From: Nitrospinaceae bacterium | GTDB taxonomy: Bacteria; Nitrospinota; Nitrospinia; Nitrospinales; Nitrospinaceae | Length of the DNA: 64,000 bases | Direction: 5' to 3' | Assembly (NCBI GenBank): GCA_965223665.1 | Contig: OZ245011.1 | Span: forward strand, 1,696,001 to 1,760,000 | Shown here: positions 19,963-29,467 of the stretch, piece by piece | Position numbering within the stretch: the first letter of the stretch is position 1 | Layout of the letters: the number at the start of each line of letters is the position of its first letter | Notes under the pieces: model-generated | Databases searched by the model: none | What the model was told of the DNA's origin: nothing | Seen by the model: the letters and a program-made list of their open reading frames with translations, nothing else | Program-made: the position numbers and the translations under genes

Positions 19963-20997
19963 CTATTTTCTGTCAATGGAGACTGTCCAAATTGTATCGC
20001 CTGTTTTTTGGAAATCGATGTGACAGTCGATGAACTTTTGGATCACATCGCGATTGGTCAGTGTATGCGGGGTCGGTTCCATAGTCGTGAACTTCCCCTT
20101 CCCTGCCAACGCCATCGGCAACAACAACTGATCCGCCAAATGCTCGCCCACTGCCGCGTTGCTGTTCAGATAAACTTGAGTGGCATCGCACACATTCCTC
20201 GCCACGGCTTCCGCTCGGACACCGCGCACTCCAAATCCCGCGACCACTTCCGTCACATTTTCGAAAACCAGTTTATTGAACACCACGTTGCCTGCACCGA
20301 CTGAGTCGTGAGTCTCACGTAATAACAACACCTCTTCCGGCCAGCCCATTTTTTTACCAACCACTTTCAACTCGCGTTTGGGAATGCTGACTTCCAAACC
20401 CGAGAACAACGCCTCAGCATACGCTTTTTTTTGTTTGCCGCGTGTCATCAAGTCCACCGGCTTTAACCGTTTCGCCGGGGTGATGGTAAACACCACCTTG
20501 CCCCCGCCGGCCGGATAAAACCCGTAACGGTGGATTTCTGCCTCCACACGCACGCCCATTGTCTTGAGGACCGGCAAATAACACTCTGCTAAAAAATCGA
20601 ACGGTGGCGAGGCCATGTTATGAGTTCCCCCTTCCAACGTAATGGTGGAAGGGTGCTCCGCCAACATCAACGCCGGCAATAAGGTTTGCGTCACCAAAGT
20701 GGTGCTGCCCGCCGTGCCAATGGCGAACTGATACCTGCCGCCCTGAACGGTTCCGGGAAGAAACTTTAACTCACCGGAACCCATTTCGGCCCCTGTGATT
20801 TTGGCTCCACTGATGGCCGCTGCCGCTTTGACCGATGTCAAATGCTGTCGTAACAATCCCGGCTTTTTGCGTCCCGCACGAATGTTGATCATGTGGAAGG
20901 GCTTTCCGGTGATCATCGCCAACGAGAGGGAGGTGCGCAGAATTTGTCCGCCTCCTTCTCCCTCAGACCCGTCAATTTTTATAATTTCTGTTTTCAT
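19963..20997 (-). CDS. rtcA: RNA 3'-terminal phosphate cyclase
   Basis: IDGSEGEGGGQILRTSL, RAGRKKPGLLRQH, IGTAGS, GGTH, GFYPAGGG, EHLADQLLLP. Confidence 0.97.
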   Translation of the reverse strand: MKTEIIKIDGSEGEGGGQILRTSLSLAMITGKPFHMINIRAGRKKPGLLRQHLTSVKAAAAISGAKITGAEMGSGELKFLPGTVQGGRYQFAIGTAGSTTLVTQTLLPALMLAEHPSTITLEGGTHNMASPPFDFLAECYLPVLKTMGVRVEAEIHRYGFYPAGGGKVVFTITPAKRLKPVDLMTRGKQKKAYAEALFSGLEVSIPKRELKVVGKKMGWPEEVLLLRETHDSVGAGNVVFNKLVFENVTEVVAGFGVRGVRAEAVARNVCDATQVYLNSNAAVGEHLADQLLLPMALAGKGKFTTMEPTPHTLTNRDVIQKFIDCHIDFQKTGDTIWTVSIDRK

Positions 20998-21050
20998 TCC
21001 TTGCTACCGTTAAATTTTGTTCTTTAAATCATTTCTCTATTTGGTTCTTA

Positions 21051-21196
21051 AAACCCTGGAGGTCAATCACTCCAGCCCGCAGCGTAACGTTAAACCCAGA
21101 ATGAACTTTCATTAGGTTGAGGTGTTTCCTCTCCTCAACAGACTTTTGAATATCCTTTTTGCCTCCAATCGCTAGATTGGAAAAGAGGGAGCACAT
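21051..21196. repeat. MITE/REP-like copy
   Basis: gcctccaatcgctagattggaaaagagggagcacat right end, as at ~44935 and ~46905. Confidence 0.7.
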
Positions 21197-21243
21197 TTAC
21201 TTCTCCTTCAATATTTTCTTCTAAAGATGACATCTTGTATATA

Positions 21244-21384
21244 GAAGCAACTCAATTTCCTGAGAGCCTCCGAGGAGATGGAGTCCCAAAACCTCCCTGA
21301 AAAGTTGAATTGCTTCCCCAAACTCCTCTATACAAAAGGATGCAGGATAACTCTAAGAAAAAACTTTGAGCACCCTGCATCCCC
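21244..21384 (-). other. Two related long RNA hairpins in the rtcB-rtcA intergenic region
   Basis: GGGGAUGCAGGGUG...UAUCCUGCAUCC (21338-21384) and GGGGAAGCAAUUCAA...UUGAGUUGCUUC (21244-21319); G-U pairs form only on the minus strand. Confidence 0.5.
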
Positions 21385-21427
21385 ATTGATCATCAAACAT
21401 CAATTTATCTAGTGGCGGCCACGACGT

Positions 21428-21480
21428 AAAATCCCTGAAGGTGAATCACCCTATCCCTCTTTAGAAAAGAGGGAATGCAT
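21428..21480. repeat. MITE/REP-like copy (reverse orientation)
   Basis: ccctgaaggtgaatcaccctatccctctttagaaaagaggg. Confidence 0.7.
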
Positions 21481-21634
21481 CGTTCTTCTTTTCAAAAATT
21501 TTTTTCTAAAGACAAACTCTACTTTAGAATGAGATCTGTGGATTCAGCGTCCGCACCCACTCATCGAATATTAATGTCGCCCCTCACGGCCAGTGAGTCA
21601 TCGCATATAAATGTTCCCTCCGGACGGGGTCCGG

Positions 21635-22861
21635 TTAACCTTTGACGCAGACGACTTGTTTTAGAGTGTAGACCACTTCGACCAAGTCTTTTTGCGCTTC
21701 CATGACTTTATCGATGTCTTTGTAAGCGGACGGAGTTTCATCCACCACGCCGGAATCCTTCCGGCACTCGACGCCTTCCGTGGCTTTGACATGTTCATCG
21801 ACAGAGACTTTTTTCTTCGCTTCGGTACGCGACATCACCCGACCTGCTCCGTGGGAACAGCTGTGAAAGCTATCCTCGTTGCCAAGGCCGCGCACGATAA
21901 ACGACCGCGCGCCCATGCTTCCGGGAATGATTCCCATATCGCCCTGCCGCGCCCGCACCGCACCTTTGCGTGTGACAAAGACGTTCTCACCGAAGTGGTG
22001 TTCTTTGGTCACATAGTTGTGGTGACAGTTGATCGCTTCCACTTTCGCATCGAAAGGTTTATCAATCACGTGACGGGCCGCTTCCACCAAATGGGTCATC
22101 ATGATTTCGCGATTCCTTCGCGCAAAGTCCTGTGCCCATTCAACGGCAAACACATAATCTTCGAAATGTTCAGACCCTTCGGGAAAATACGACAGGTCCT
22201 TATTCGGCAGATTGATCATCCACCGTTCCATATCTTTTTTCGCCAGTTCAATGTACCGGGTACCGATCGCGTTACCGATCCCCCGGGAACCGGAATGCAG
22301 CATGAACCACACTCGATCGTTCTCATCGAGACACACTTCTACGAAGTGGTTTCCAGTTCCCAACGTCCCTAAATGATTCAGGTTGTTGCTGTTCTTTAAT
22401 CGCGGCATTCGCTCAGTAATCCGTTTGAATCCGGGTTCCAATTCTTTCCACGATTCCAAAGACCGCTCGGGTGGGTTTCCCCACGCCCCTTTATCTCGTC
22501 CACGTCGATGGCTGGATCTTCCATGCGGAATCGCTTCTTCAATGACGCACCGCAACTCGAACAAGTTATCCGGCAAATCTGCCGCTTCCAACGAAGTTCG
22601 CACGGCCATCATTCCACAGCCGATGTCCACCCCGACCGCCGCGGGAATGATGGCTCCTTTCGTAGGAACCACACTCCCGATCGTTGATCCTTTTCCCACA
22701 TGCACATCCGGCATCACCGCCAACCATTTATGGATGAACGGCAGTTGGGCAGTTTGTTTCAATTGCTCTTTCGCTTTATCGTCAACCGGCACCCCGCGTG
22801 TCCACATTTTAACCGGCGCGCCGTTTTCTTTTTGTATCACTTCATAGTTTTGAAAGTTCAT
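21635..22861 (-). CDS. rtcB: RtcB RNA ligase
   Basis: MPDVH.G, VGVDIGCGM, GTLGTGNHFVE, HSGSRG, HHNY, IIPGSMG, HGAGR, terminal CVKG; ATG at 22861 follows an AAGGA RBS and lies downstream of the sigma54 promoter. Confidence 0.97.
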   Translation of the reverse strand: MNFQNYEVIQKENGAPVKMWTRGVPVDDKAKEQLKQTAQLPFIHKWLAVMPDVHVGKGSTIGSVVPTKGAIIPAAVGVDIGCGMMAVRTSLEAADLPDNLFELRCVIEEAIPHGRSSHRRGRDKGAWGNPPERSLESWKELEPGFKRITERMPRLKNSNNLNHLGTLGTGNHFVEVCLDENDRVWFMLHSGSRGIGNAIGTRYIELAKKDMERWMINLPNKDLSYFPEGSEHFEDYVFAVEWAQDFARRNREIMMTHLVEAARHVIDKPFDAKVEAINCHHNYVTKEHHFGENVFVTRKGAVRARQGDMGIIPGSMGARSFIVRGLGNEDSFHSCSHGAGRVMSRTEAKKKVSVDEHVKATEGVECRKDSGVVDETPSAYKDIDKVMEAQKDLVEVVYTLKQVVCVKG

Positions 22862-22898
22862 CGTATCGTTCCTTTCGTTTCGCATTCACCCTAAGTAT

Positions 22899-22914
22899 AG
22901 CAACGCGCGTGCCA
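22899..22914 (-). promoter_or_regulatory. Sigma54 -24/-12 promoter of rtcB
   Basis: Minus strand TGGCAC-GCGCG-TTGCT matches TGGCAC-N5-TTGC; the adjacent divergent gene is a bacterial enhancer-binding protein. Confidence 0.9.
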
Positions 22915-22941
22915 GTATTTTCAGAGCCCTTAAAATTTTTA

Positions 22942-22954
22942 TAACTCATTGTTT
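22942..22954 (-). promoter_or_regulatory. Possible IHF site upstream of the sigma54 promoter
   Basis: Minus strand AAACAATGAGTTA versus WATCAANNNNTTR (1 mismatch), at the expected position. Confidence 0.5.
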
Positions 22955-23055
22955 TTAAAAGGATAAACTTTTTAGTTCCAAAAAAAGCCTTCTCCTCAAG
23001 ACTTCTTATTTTATAATATATTCTAGTCTTTTATAAATTAAGCTAGAGATTAATC

Positions 23056-24633
23056 ATGGTTGTGATCGGCTTCCTCGGCACCACTCGTGATGGTGGACTT
23101 CAAGACAAAAAGCGTTGGGACAAATGGCGACCCACGGTTAGCCTGTGCCAGCAGGAAGATATCCTCATCGATCGGCTGGATCTGCTAATCGATATTAAGT
23201 TCACCAAACTCGCCGGCATGGTCACTCGGGATATCAAACAAGTTTCCCCCGAAACCAAAGTGGTCCCACACACACTCAATTTAAAAAATCCCTGGGACTT
23301 TGAAGAAGTCTACGGAGCCCTGCACGATTTTTCAATGAACTATCCGTTCGATCCAGACCGCGAAGACTACTTCATGCACATTACCACTGGAACGCACGTT
23401 TCTCAAATCTGTATGTTCCTGCTAACCGAAGCGCGGTACTTTCCGGCAAAATTGATTCAAACCTCGCCACCAATGCGACGACAAGAGGGACCCGGCAGCT
23501 ATGCCATCATCGACCTCGATCTTTCCAAATACGATCGCATCGCCCAACGGTTTCAGGTAGAACATGAAGAAGCCACCGAGTTTTTGAAGTCTGGCATTCA
23601 AACACGCAACCGGGCGTTCAATGAAATGATCGACCAAATCGAAAAGGTCGTGATCAAAACCTGGTTCCCGGTTCTGCTCATGGGCCCGACCGGTGCAGGA
23701 AAATCGCAACTGGCGCGGCGGATATACGATCTCAAAAAAATGCGACACCAAATGGACGGTCCCTTCGTCGAAGTCAACTGCGCCACCCTGCGCGGCGACA
23801 GCGCCATGTCGACTTTGTTCGGTCACAAGAAGGGCGCGTTCACCGGTGCGGTGAGCGATCGCCCGGGTCTGCTCCTCTCTGCGAACAAAGGCGTACTGTT
23901 CCTCGACGAGATCGGCGAACTGGGTCTGGACGAACAAGCCATGATCCTGCGCGCCATCGAAGAAAAATGTTTTCTACCGGTCGGGTCCGATAAAGAAGCG
24001 CAAAGCGACTTTCAACTGCTCGCCGGAACCAATAAGGACCTCACTCAGGAAGTCGCGCAAGGACGGTTCCGCGAGGACTTGTACGCGCGGCTCAATCTGT
24101 GGACGTTTGCCATTCCCGGACTGAAGGACCGACGCGAAGACCTGGAACCCAACATCGAATACGAACTGCGCAAGTATTCAGAAGAGAATGCGCAGAACAT
24201 CACGTTCAATAAGGAAGCACGTGAGAAATATCTGAAGTTCGGGTTATCCGGTCAGGCCGTGTGGTCGGCCAACTTTCGCGACTTGTCCGCCTCCATTAAC
24301 CGCATGGCCACGTTGGCGGAAAGTGGACGCATTCGCGTGAAAGACGTCACCGCAGAGATCGAAAAGTTAAAGCTGTTGTGGCACACCGCCTCGAAAGATC
24401 CAGCGACACAAATTTTAACATCATTATTGAGTCAAAAGCAAATGGAAGCGATCGATTTATTCGACCGCGTGCAGTTGGCAAAAGTGATCGAAGTATGCCG
24501 CAGCGAACCGACGATGAGCGCGGCAGGAAGGAAATTGTTCTCCAGCACCCGCACCAAAAAGAAAGTCACCAACGACGCCGACCGCCTGAGAAAATACCTG
24601 CAGCGGTTCAACCTGACTTTTCCTCTCGATTGA
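23056..24633 (+). CDS. rtcR: RtcR sigma54-dependent activator (CARF-AAA+-HTH)
   Basis: WRPTVSLC, NPWDFEEVY..L.DF, HITTGTH, GPTGAGKS, GAFTGA, LFLDEIGE, NDADRLRKYL.RF. Confidence 0.97.
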   Translation: MVVIGFLGTTRDGGLQDKKRWDKWRPTVSLCQQEDILIDRLDLLIDIKFTKLAGMVTRDIKQVSPETKVVPHTLNLKNPWDFEEVYGALHDFSMNYPFDPDREDYFMHITTGTHVSQICMFLLTEARYFPAKLIQTSPPMRRQEGPGSYAIIDLDLSKYDRIAQRFQVEHEEATEFLKSGIQTRNRAFNEMIDQIEKVVIKTWFPVLLMGPTGAGKSQLARRIYDLKKMRHQMDGPFVEVNCATLRGDSAMSTLFGHKKGAFTGAVSDRPGLLLSANKGVLFLDEIGELGLDEQAMILRAIEEKCFLPVGSDKEAQSDFQLLAGTNKDLTQEVAQGRFREDLYARLNLWTFAIPGLKDRREDLEPNIEYELRKYSEENAQNITFNKEAREKYLKFGLSGQAVWSANFRDLSASINRMATLAESGRIRVKDVTAEIEKLKLLWHTASKDPATQILTSLLSQKQMEAIDLFDRVQLAKVIEVCRSEPTMSAAGRKLFSSTRTKKKVTNDADRLRKYLQRFNLTFPLD

Positions 24634-24642
24634 TTTCAATTA

Positions 24643-26160
24643 TTATTGAAGCGGTCTAAACTTTCGCCTGAAAGACCCGGTCGCTCTTCCCCGAGGAGTC
24701 ACGCGCTTTCCAAAACCATTATGATGTTCTATATATGTCAGGTAATTGGTTTTATCTAATACCGTCCATTTCAGCAACTTGTCTCCCAATTGACCGATAA
24801 GCGCCATAGTCTTGTCTGGGAAAATGAGCCAATAAGAAAAACCTCTCATCTCCTCAGAGATCCCTATAAAAATAATGTTTTTTGAATATGGGTAATTAAG
24901 ATTCTTCCATTCGGTTTTTGTCGATTTTTTAAAACCTTTAATAAAACTTTCATATTCTTCTTCAGTGATCGAAACCCCATTTTCATATTGAATGGAAAAT
25001 AAATAATAAGGGTGTTCTTTGATATATTTACCGAGCCAGGGAACCTTTAAAACCCGGTTTCCATATTTTTTGACTTGTGTAGAAGAAAAATGATCGAGTT
25101 GAAGCTTTCCATTCTCAACCCTGGCTACAAAATTCACTGCAAGGTTTCGCGGCCAGGTTTTATAATTCAGCTTTGCTGTCCAGCGGTCTTCTGAATATGA
25201 ATTATTCTTTGAGCGCATTCCACTTTCCAGAATGTCAAAATCTTGCTTTATCGGGACCACTTCCTCTTTTAGGGCTTTCAAAGATTCAATAGTTTCAGAA
25301 ATATCAAAGTACCAGGGATTTCTTACATCTTTCCGCCATACAATTTGATTGATCATTTCCGGGAGATCTACATAAATTCTTTCAAAGTTGGCACATTGGG
25401 GATGCAGTAAGTTTCCCAAAGCTTTACTGATCTTAAGGTCATAATTAATGTAAGTTTTTCTATTTGTCTCTATGGTCCAAGGAACCATAAAAATGTGTAA
25501 TGCCTTTGAACTCACTTTAATGAATTCACCATTATTCAATTGAATCTCTATATTTATTTGAGGATGATCATGCGACCAACTGGAGTTAAAGAAATATTTT
25601 AGTTTTCTTAAGGTGAAATCCACATTGGCTAATCTATTGAGATGAAATTTTCTATAAAACTCTATTTCAGGAATGTCCTCCATGGTATAACCTTTGAATT
25701 CTGGTTCTAACTTCTTTTCTGCGACGGAAGTTAGCCACTCCTGGTTAATCCCCAATTGATTTAGATCTAACTCTTTCTTAGGAGGTGCTTTTACTACCTC
25801 TAAAAACTTTTTAATTTTTTCAATTGGAATTTTGACAGAATCTGTATTCACCGTTTTCTTTTTGTTTTTCAGAGACCACTGATAATTCTCTTCTTGATCA
25901 GGATCCAGTTTCTGTTTGTTGCGAGTGATGTCTAAAACAGCCAACCTGGTTTTATACTCATTTTCTGAGCGATATATTTCAAAATCACATTCACTTTTAC
26001 CATAATGAAATTGAAACAAAGTTGAGTTAATTTTAATCGACTCTACATTTGCACCCAATGAAGATTGAGCACAAACAATGAAAAGAAGGAACAAAAAATG
26101 CCAAATGAAGTAAATTCTCTTTATCTGGGTAATCTTCAATTTAACCTGAATATCATTCAA
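24643..26160 (-). CDS. Exported hypothetical protein, AT-rich
   Basis: 505-aa ORF with an N-terminal hydrophobic segment; no family recognised. Confidence 0.65.
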   Translation of the reverse strand: MNDIQVKLKITQIKRIYFIWHFLFLLFIVCAQSSLGANVESIKINSTLFQFHYGKSECDFEIYRSENEYKTRLAVLDITRNKQKLDPDQEENYQWSLKNKKKTVNTDSVKIPIEKIKKFLEVVKAPPKKELDLNQLGINQEWLTSVAEKKLEPEFKGYTMEDIPEIEFYRKFHLNRLANVDFTLRKLKYFFNSSWSHDHPQINIEIQLNNGEFIKVSSKALHIFMVPWTIETNRKTYINYDLKISKALGNLLHPQCANFERIYVDLPEMINQIVWRKDVRNPWYFDISETIESLKALKEEVVPIKQDFDILESGMRSKNNSYSEDRWTAKLNYKTWPRNLAVNFVARVENGKLQLDHFSSTQVKKYGNRVLKVPWLGKYIKEHPYYLFSIQYENGVSITEEEYESFIKGFKKSTKTEWKNLNYPYSKNIIFIGISEEMRGFSYWLIFPDKTMALIGQLGDKLLKWTVLDKTNYLTYIEHHNGFGKRVTPRGRATGSFRRKFRPLQ

Positions 26161-26292
26161 TTAAATTTTTCCTTTAATTCTGGATTCATCTTTATTTAGT
26201 TTCGGGCAAAATTTGTTTCAGATCAATCATTTTTGGGTAATCCCACCTTTATCTTTACTAAAGAAAACTTTCTCAAAAACTCAAAGTTCTTA

Positions 26293-26329
26293 TTGACATT
26301 TCTTCCAAATTTTTGTATTTCTAGAAATA
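26293..26329 (+). promoter_or_regulatory. Sigma70-like promoter with palindromic operator candidate for arsR
   Basis: TTGACA at 26293-26298, 17 bp spacer, then TATTTCTAGAAATA perfect palindrome (26316-26329) overlapping -10 and the start codon. Confidence 0.6.
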
Positions 26330-26667
26330 TGGAAATAATGAGTGCGGTTGCAGCGTTATCGGCCCTGGCTCAGGAGAGTCGTTTGGAAATTTTCCGCTTG
26401 CTGGTGCAGGCGGGCGAAGGCGGAATGCCTGCCGGGAAAATCGGGGAAGAGTTGGAGTTGCCCTCTTCCACCCTTTCTTTTCATTTGAGTCAGCTGAAGC
26501 AGGCCGGGTTGATCGGGTGCCACCGCGAAGGGACTACTTTATTTTATTTTGCGAACTACACTTCCATGAATGCACTCATGGAATATCTTACTGAAAACTG
26601 TTGCCAGGGCGAGTCGGAAAACTGTCTGGTTCCCACCGCCTGTGGTTCCGAAAATAGAAGAAAATAA
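26329..26667 (+). CDS. arsR: ArsR family arsenic-responsive repressor
   Basis: ALSALAQESRLEIFRLLV.AG..G, STLSFHL..L..AGL, C-terminal LTENCC.G. Confidence 0.9.
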   Translation: MEIMSAVAALSALAQESRLEIFRLLVQAGEGGMPAGKIGEELELPSSTLSFHLSQLKQAGLIGCHREGTTLFYFANYTSMNALMEYLTENCCQGESENCLVPTACGSENRRK

Positions 26668-26690
26668 TTCATGCACGAAAGGGCAAATCC

Positions 26691-27134
26691 ATGAAACGAC
26701 TTCATATACATGTCTCGGTGGAAGATTTAAATAAATCGATCCAGTTTTATTCCACGTTGTTCGGCAGTGAACCCAGCAAACGCAAAGACGATTACGCGAA
26801 ATGGATGCTGGAAGATCCCAAGGTCAACTTTGCGCTTTCGGCGCGGGGAGCCAAAACGGGAATCGATCATCTCGGTATACAGGTCGAGGAGCCCAACGAA
26901 CTGGAGCATCTTCGGGAAAAATTAAAAAATGCGGATCTGCAAACTTATGCTGAAGGCAATACCACTTGTTGCTATGCGGTCTCCGACAAAACCTGGGTGG
27001 AAGATCCCAGCGGCATTGCCTGGGAAACGTATCACAATATGGGTGATGCCGAGTTTTTTAACGATGCCGCTCCCGGAGAGGATTCCTGCTGCACGCCGGA
27101 AAGACCGCGAGCCGAATCGGGCGGGTGCGGTTAA
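26691..27134 (+). CDS. ArsI/CadI family glyoxalase-fold metal(loid) resistance protein
   Basis: KRLHIHVSV.DL, DYAKWML.DP.VNF, DHLGIQV, TCCYA.SDK.WV.DP.G..WE.Y. Confidence 0.9.
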   Translation: MKRLHIHVSVEDLNKSIQFYSTLFGSEPSKRKDDYAKWMLEDPKVNFALSARGAKTGIDHLGIQVEEPNELEHLREKLKNADLQTYAEGNTTCCYAVSDKTWVEDPSGIAWETYHNMGDAEFFNDAAPGEDSCCTPERPRAESGGCG

Positions 27135-27216
27135 TCCATAACATTTTATCTTTGTCATTTTGCCCCACAATATTCGGTGAAGGAAATTATAAGAATTTTT
27201 AGAAAGGAAAAACGTT

Positions 27217-27741
27217 ATGAACAACAAAATTTATAATGTTCTATTTCTTTGTACCGGGAATTCGGCAAGAAGCATTTTAGCAGAGTGCATCCTCAATCGA
27301 GTTGGAAAGGGAAAGTTCAAGGCCTACAGTGCAGGCAGTCAGCCGAAAGGGCAAGTGCATCCAATGTCGCTCCAGGTACTCAAGGAATACAATTTTATAA
27401 CCGATGATTTGCGCAGTAAAGATTGGAAAGAATTCTCCGCGCCCGATGCTCCAGATTTGGATTTCGTTTTCACCGTGTGCGATCAGGCGGCTCGGGAACC
27501 GTGCCCGGTGTGGCCCGGCCAACCCCTTTCGGCGCATTGGGGATTCGAAGACCCGGCGGCCTTTGAGGGTTCTGTGTCGGAACAGTTAAAACAATTCCAG
27601 AAAATTTTTAGAGAACTGACCACACGGATCAATCTTTTTGCCAATTTACCCATCGAGTCTCTCGATCGCCTGAGCCTGCAAAAGCGCCTGGACGACATGG
27701 AAAAACATGAGAAACCTTCTCCCCAAGCAAGTCAATCTTAA
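27217..27741 (+). CDS. arsC: Arsenate reductase, LMW-PTPase family
   Basis: LFLCTGNSARS, YSAGSQP, TVCD.A..E.CPVWPGQP..AHWG..DPA. Confidence 0.92.
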   Translation: MNNKIYNVLFLCTGNSARSILAECILNRVGKGKFKAYSAGSQPKGQVHPMSLQVLKEYNFITDDLRSKDWKEFSAPDAPDLDFVFTVCDQAAREPCPVWPGQPLSAHWGFEDPAAFEGSVSEQLKQFQKIFRELTTRINLFANLPIESLDRLSLQKRLDDMEKHEKPSPQASQS

Positions 27742-27778
27742 ATATCACCTTGAGCATAAAAATTCTCCATCCAGTTAT

Positions 27779-27835
27779 ACCAACGACGCCGACCGCCTTA
27801 GAAAATATTTACAGCGGTTCAACCTCACCTTGCCT
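27779..27835 (+). repeat. Direct repeat of the rtcR 3' end (partner 24568..24624)
   Basis: 50/57 nt identical by manual alignment; encodes TNDADRLRKYLQRFNLTLP versus ...TFP. Confidence 0.9.
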
Positions 27836-28130
27836 GCCCACGCTTAGAGGCAATTGGAATTAATATAATCCGGACTCAGCAACTCCGGGTTTGATTAAAT
27901 TTTTACATACTCATTTGAGGTTATTCATACATTTACGCTTTCCATCAGTCCCCGACTTTTTAAATCCTTTCCTTGATAACTCGCCTCGCCCTTACTCATT
28001 ATCTTTGGCAAACGGATCGTTAACGATTCTCTTTTGGTCTGCCCCATCCTATTCGGATGGATTGGTATCCTTTTTGCTCAATACTTTTCATGCTAACCCG
28101 TTAAATCAATTCTGTTTTTGGAGGTATAAC

Positions 28131-28898
28131 GTGCTAAAAAGGATTCGACTTATTACTACTCTATTATTTCTGGGCATTTTGGTGCCCATGACTTCTCTGG
28201 CTCAGGTGGGGAAAGGTTTGAGCGGTCCACATTATAATTTAAATATCATCGGAGTGCCCGTTGACAAAACGGCAGACATGATGGACAGCAACCGCCACAC
28301 GATCTTTGTTCCATTGGACACTTCAGGAGAAATTGACAAATCGGTAAAAATATATTTCAGTCGCAATGTGGAAAATCCGGATAAATTTCAAGTGATCGAT
28401 GGCAACGCCACGGATGACGGCAGGGCAGAAATTTTAGTTCCTTACGAATTCTGTCAGGATTTAGAGGCAGGCTGTACCGACATCACCAGTTATGATGTTT
28501 ACGCCGTCGGATTGGGAAAACCCAATGGCATGGCCATTGTCTCTGCAGAATGCACCATTGACGGAGAAGTACTGGACCCGAATGACCAGGAAGCGACCTG
28601 TACGGATTTGCTGCATTCCGGTAGTTTTGATATTAAACGAACCAAAGGAAAACCCAAACGGGAAAACATCACCGATGTGTTTCGTATTTCCGGATGTCTG
28701 GATCTCGCCACCGAAGGTGACTTCGACCTGGGCCCCAATGGGGTTTGTGATGAAGGCGACATTGCGTTTAATGACCTTTGGGTATTCAATATTGAAGAGT
28801 TGATGGAATATATGTGGAACTACTCCAACAACGATCTCAAATTAATGCAGTTGCGATTTTATCCTACTTCTTCCGGATCTATCGGTTCGGTTAAATAA
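28131..28898 (+). CDS. Secreted acidic, Cys-containing hypothetical protein
   Basis: GTG start after GGAGG (track ORF begins 27891); signal peptide ending SLA; G.GLSGPHYNLNIIG, W.Y.NN.LKL.QLRFYP. Confidence 0.75.
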   Translation: MLKRIRLITTLLFLGILVPMTSLAQVGKGLSGPHYNLNIIGVPVDKTADMMDSNRHTIFVPLDTSGEIDKSVKIYFSRNVENPDKFQVIDGNATDDGRAEILVPYEFCQDLEAGCTDITSYDVYAVGLGKPNGMAIVSAECTIDGEVLDPNDQEATCTDLLHSGSFDIKRTKGKPKRENITDVFRISGCLDLATEGDFDLGPNGVCDEGDIAFNDLWVFNIEELMEYMWNYSNNDLKLMQLRFYPTSSGSIGSVK

Positions 28899-28911
28899 CG
28901 GGCCCCTCAAT

Positions 28912-28960
28912 TCTCTTCTGGCTTGCGGGTCATCCTGCTGGCCAGAAGAGTTGGCTTTTT
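28912..28960 (+). terminator. Probable intrinsic terminator
   Basis: ctcttctggc...gccagaagag followed by a T-rich tract. Confidence 0.5.
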
Positions 28961-29467
28961 AAACGTTTTTTTAATGATCAGTGACCGAATTCCCATTCAC
29001 CTTTCGAAGCCTGGTTGAGAACAAACCTCTTACATATAAAAATATTTTCTAAAAATAAGGTCCCTGCCCTTCAATTTTTCGAGCCTACACATAAAGTTGT
29101 ATTTTTCAAAGGATTTCATTGCACACCTGGACGACATGGGAAAACGAAAGGAATCGCCCACGGAATTGAGTTACTCTCAAAAAGATTAATCTATGATCCC
29201 AGAGAAACTTTTCAATAGATGCACCCAAACCGCTTGCGCCAATATCAGCCCCGGTTTGGGTTAACCTAACCTGCCTTTTAAAATTCCTTTCATCATTTAT
29301 TAATAGTTTAGACCAAGGAGTTTTTCCGCATCCGTTTTATAAAAATATGCTAAATACCATATAGCTAATTTAGGGTGGATTTTATGATTGGCTTCTTGAT
29401 AACATGAATCAGAGTTTAACGGGATTGGACTAAAAATATTATTGAAAATTTTTTCAGGAGGTACAGA

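Noticed and set aside
21692-23937. Long antisense ORFs over rtcB and rtcR (21692..22372, 22383..22847, 23422..23937)
   Set aside because: Shadow ORFs opposite well-supported genes, with no motifs of their own.
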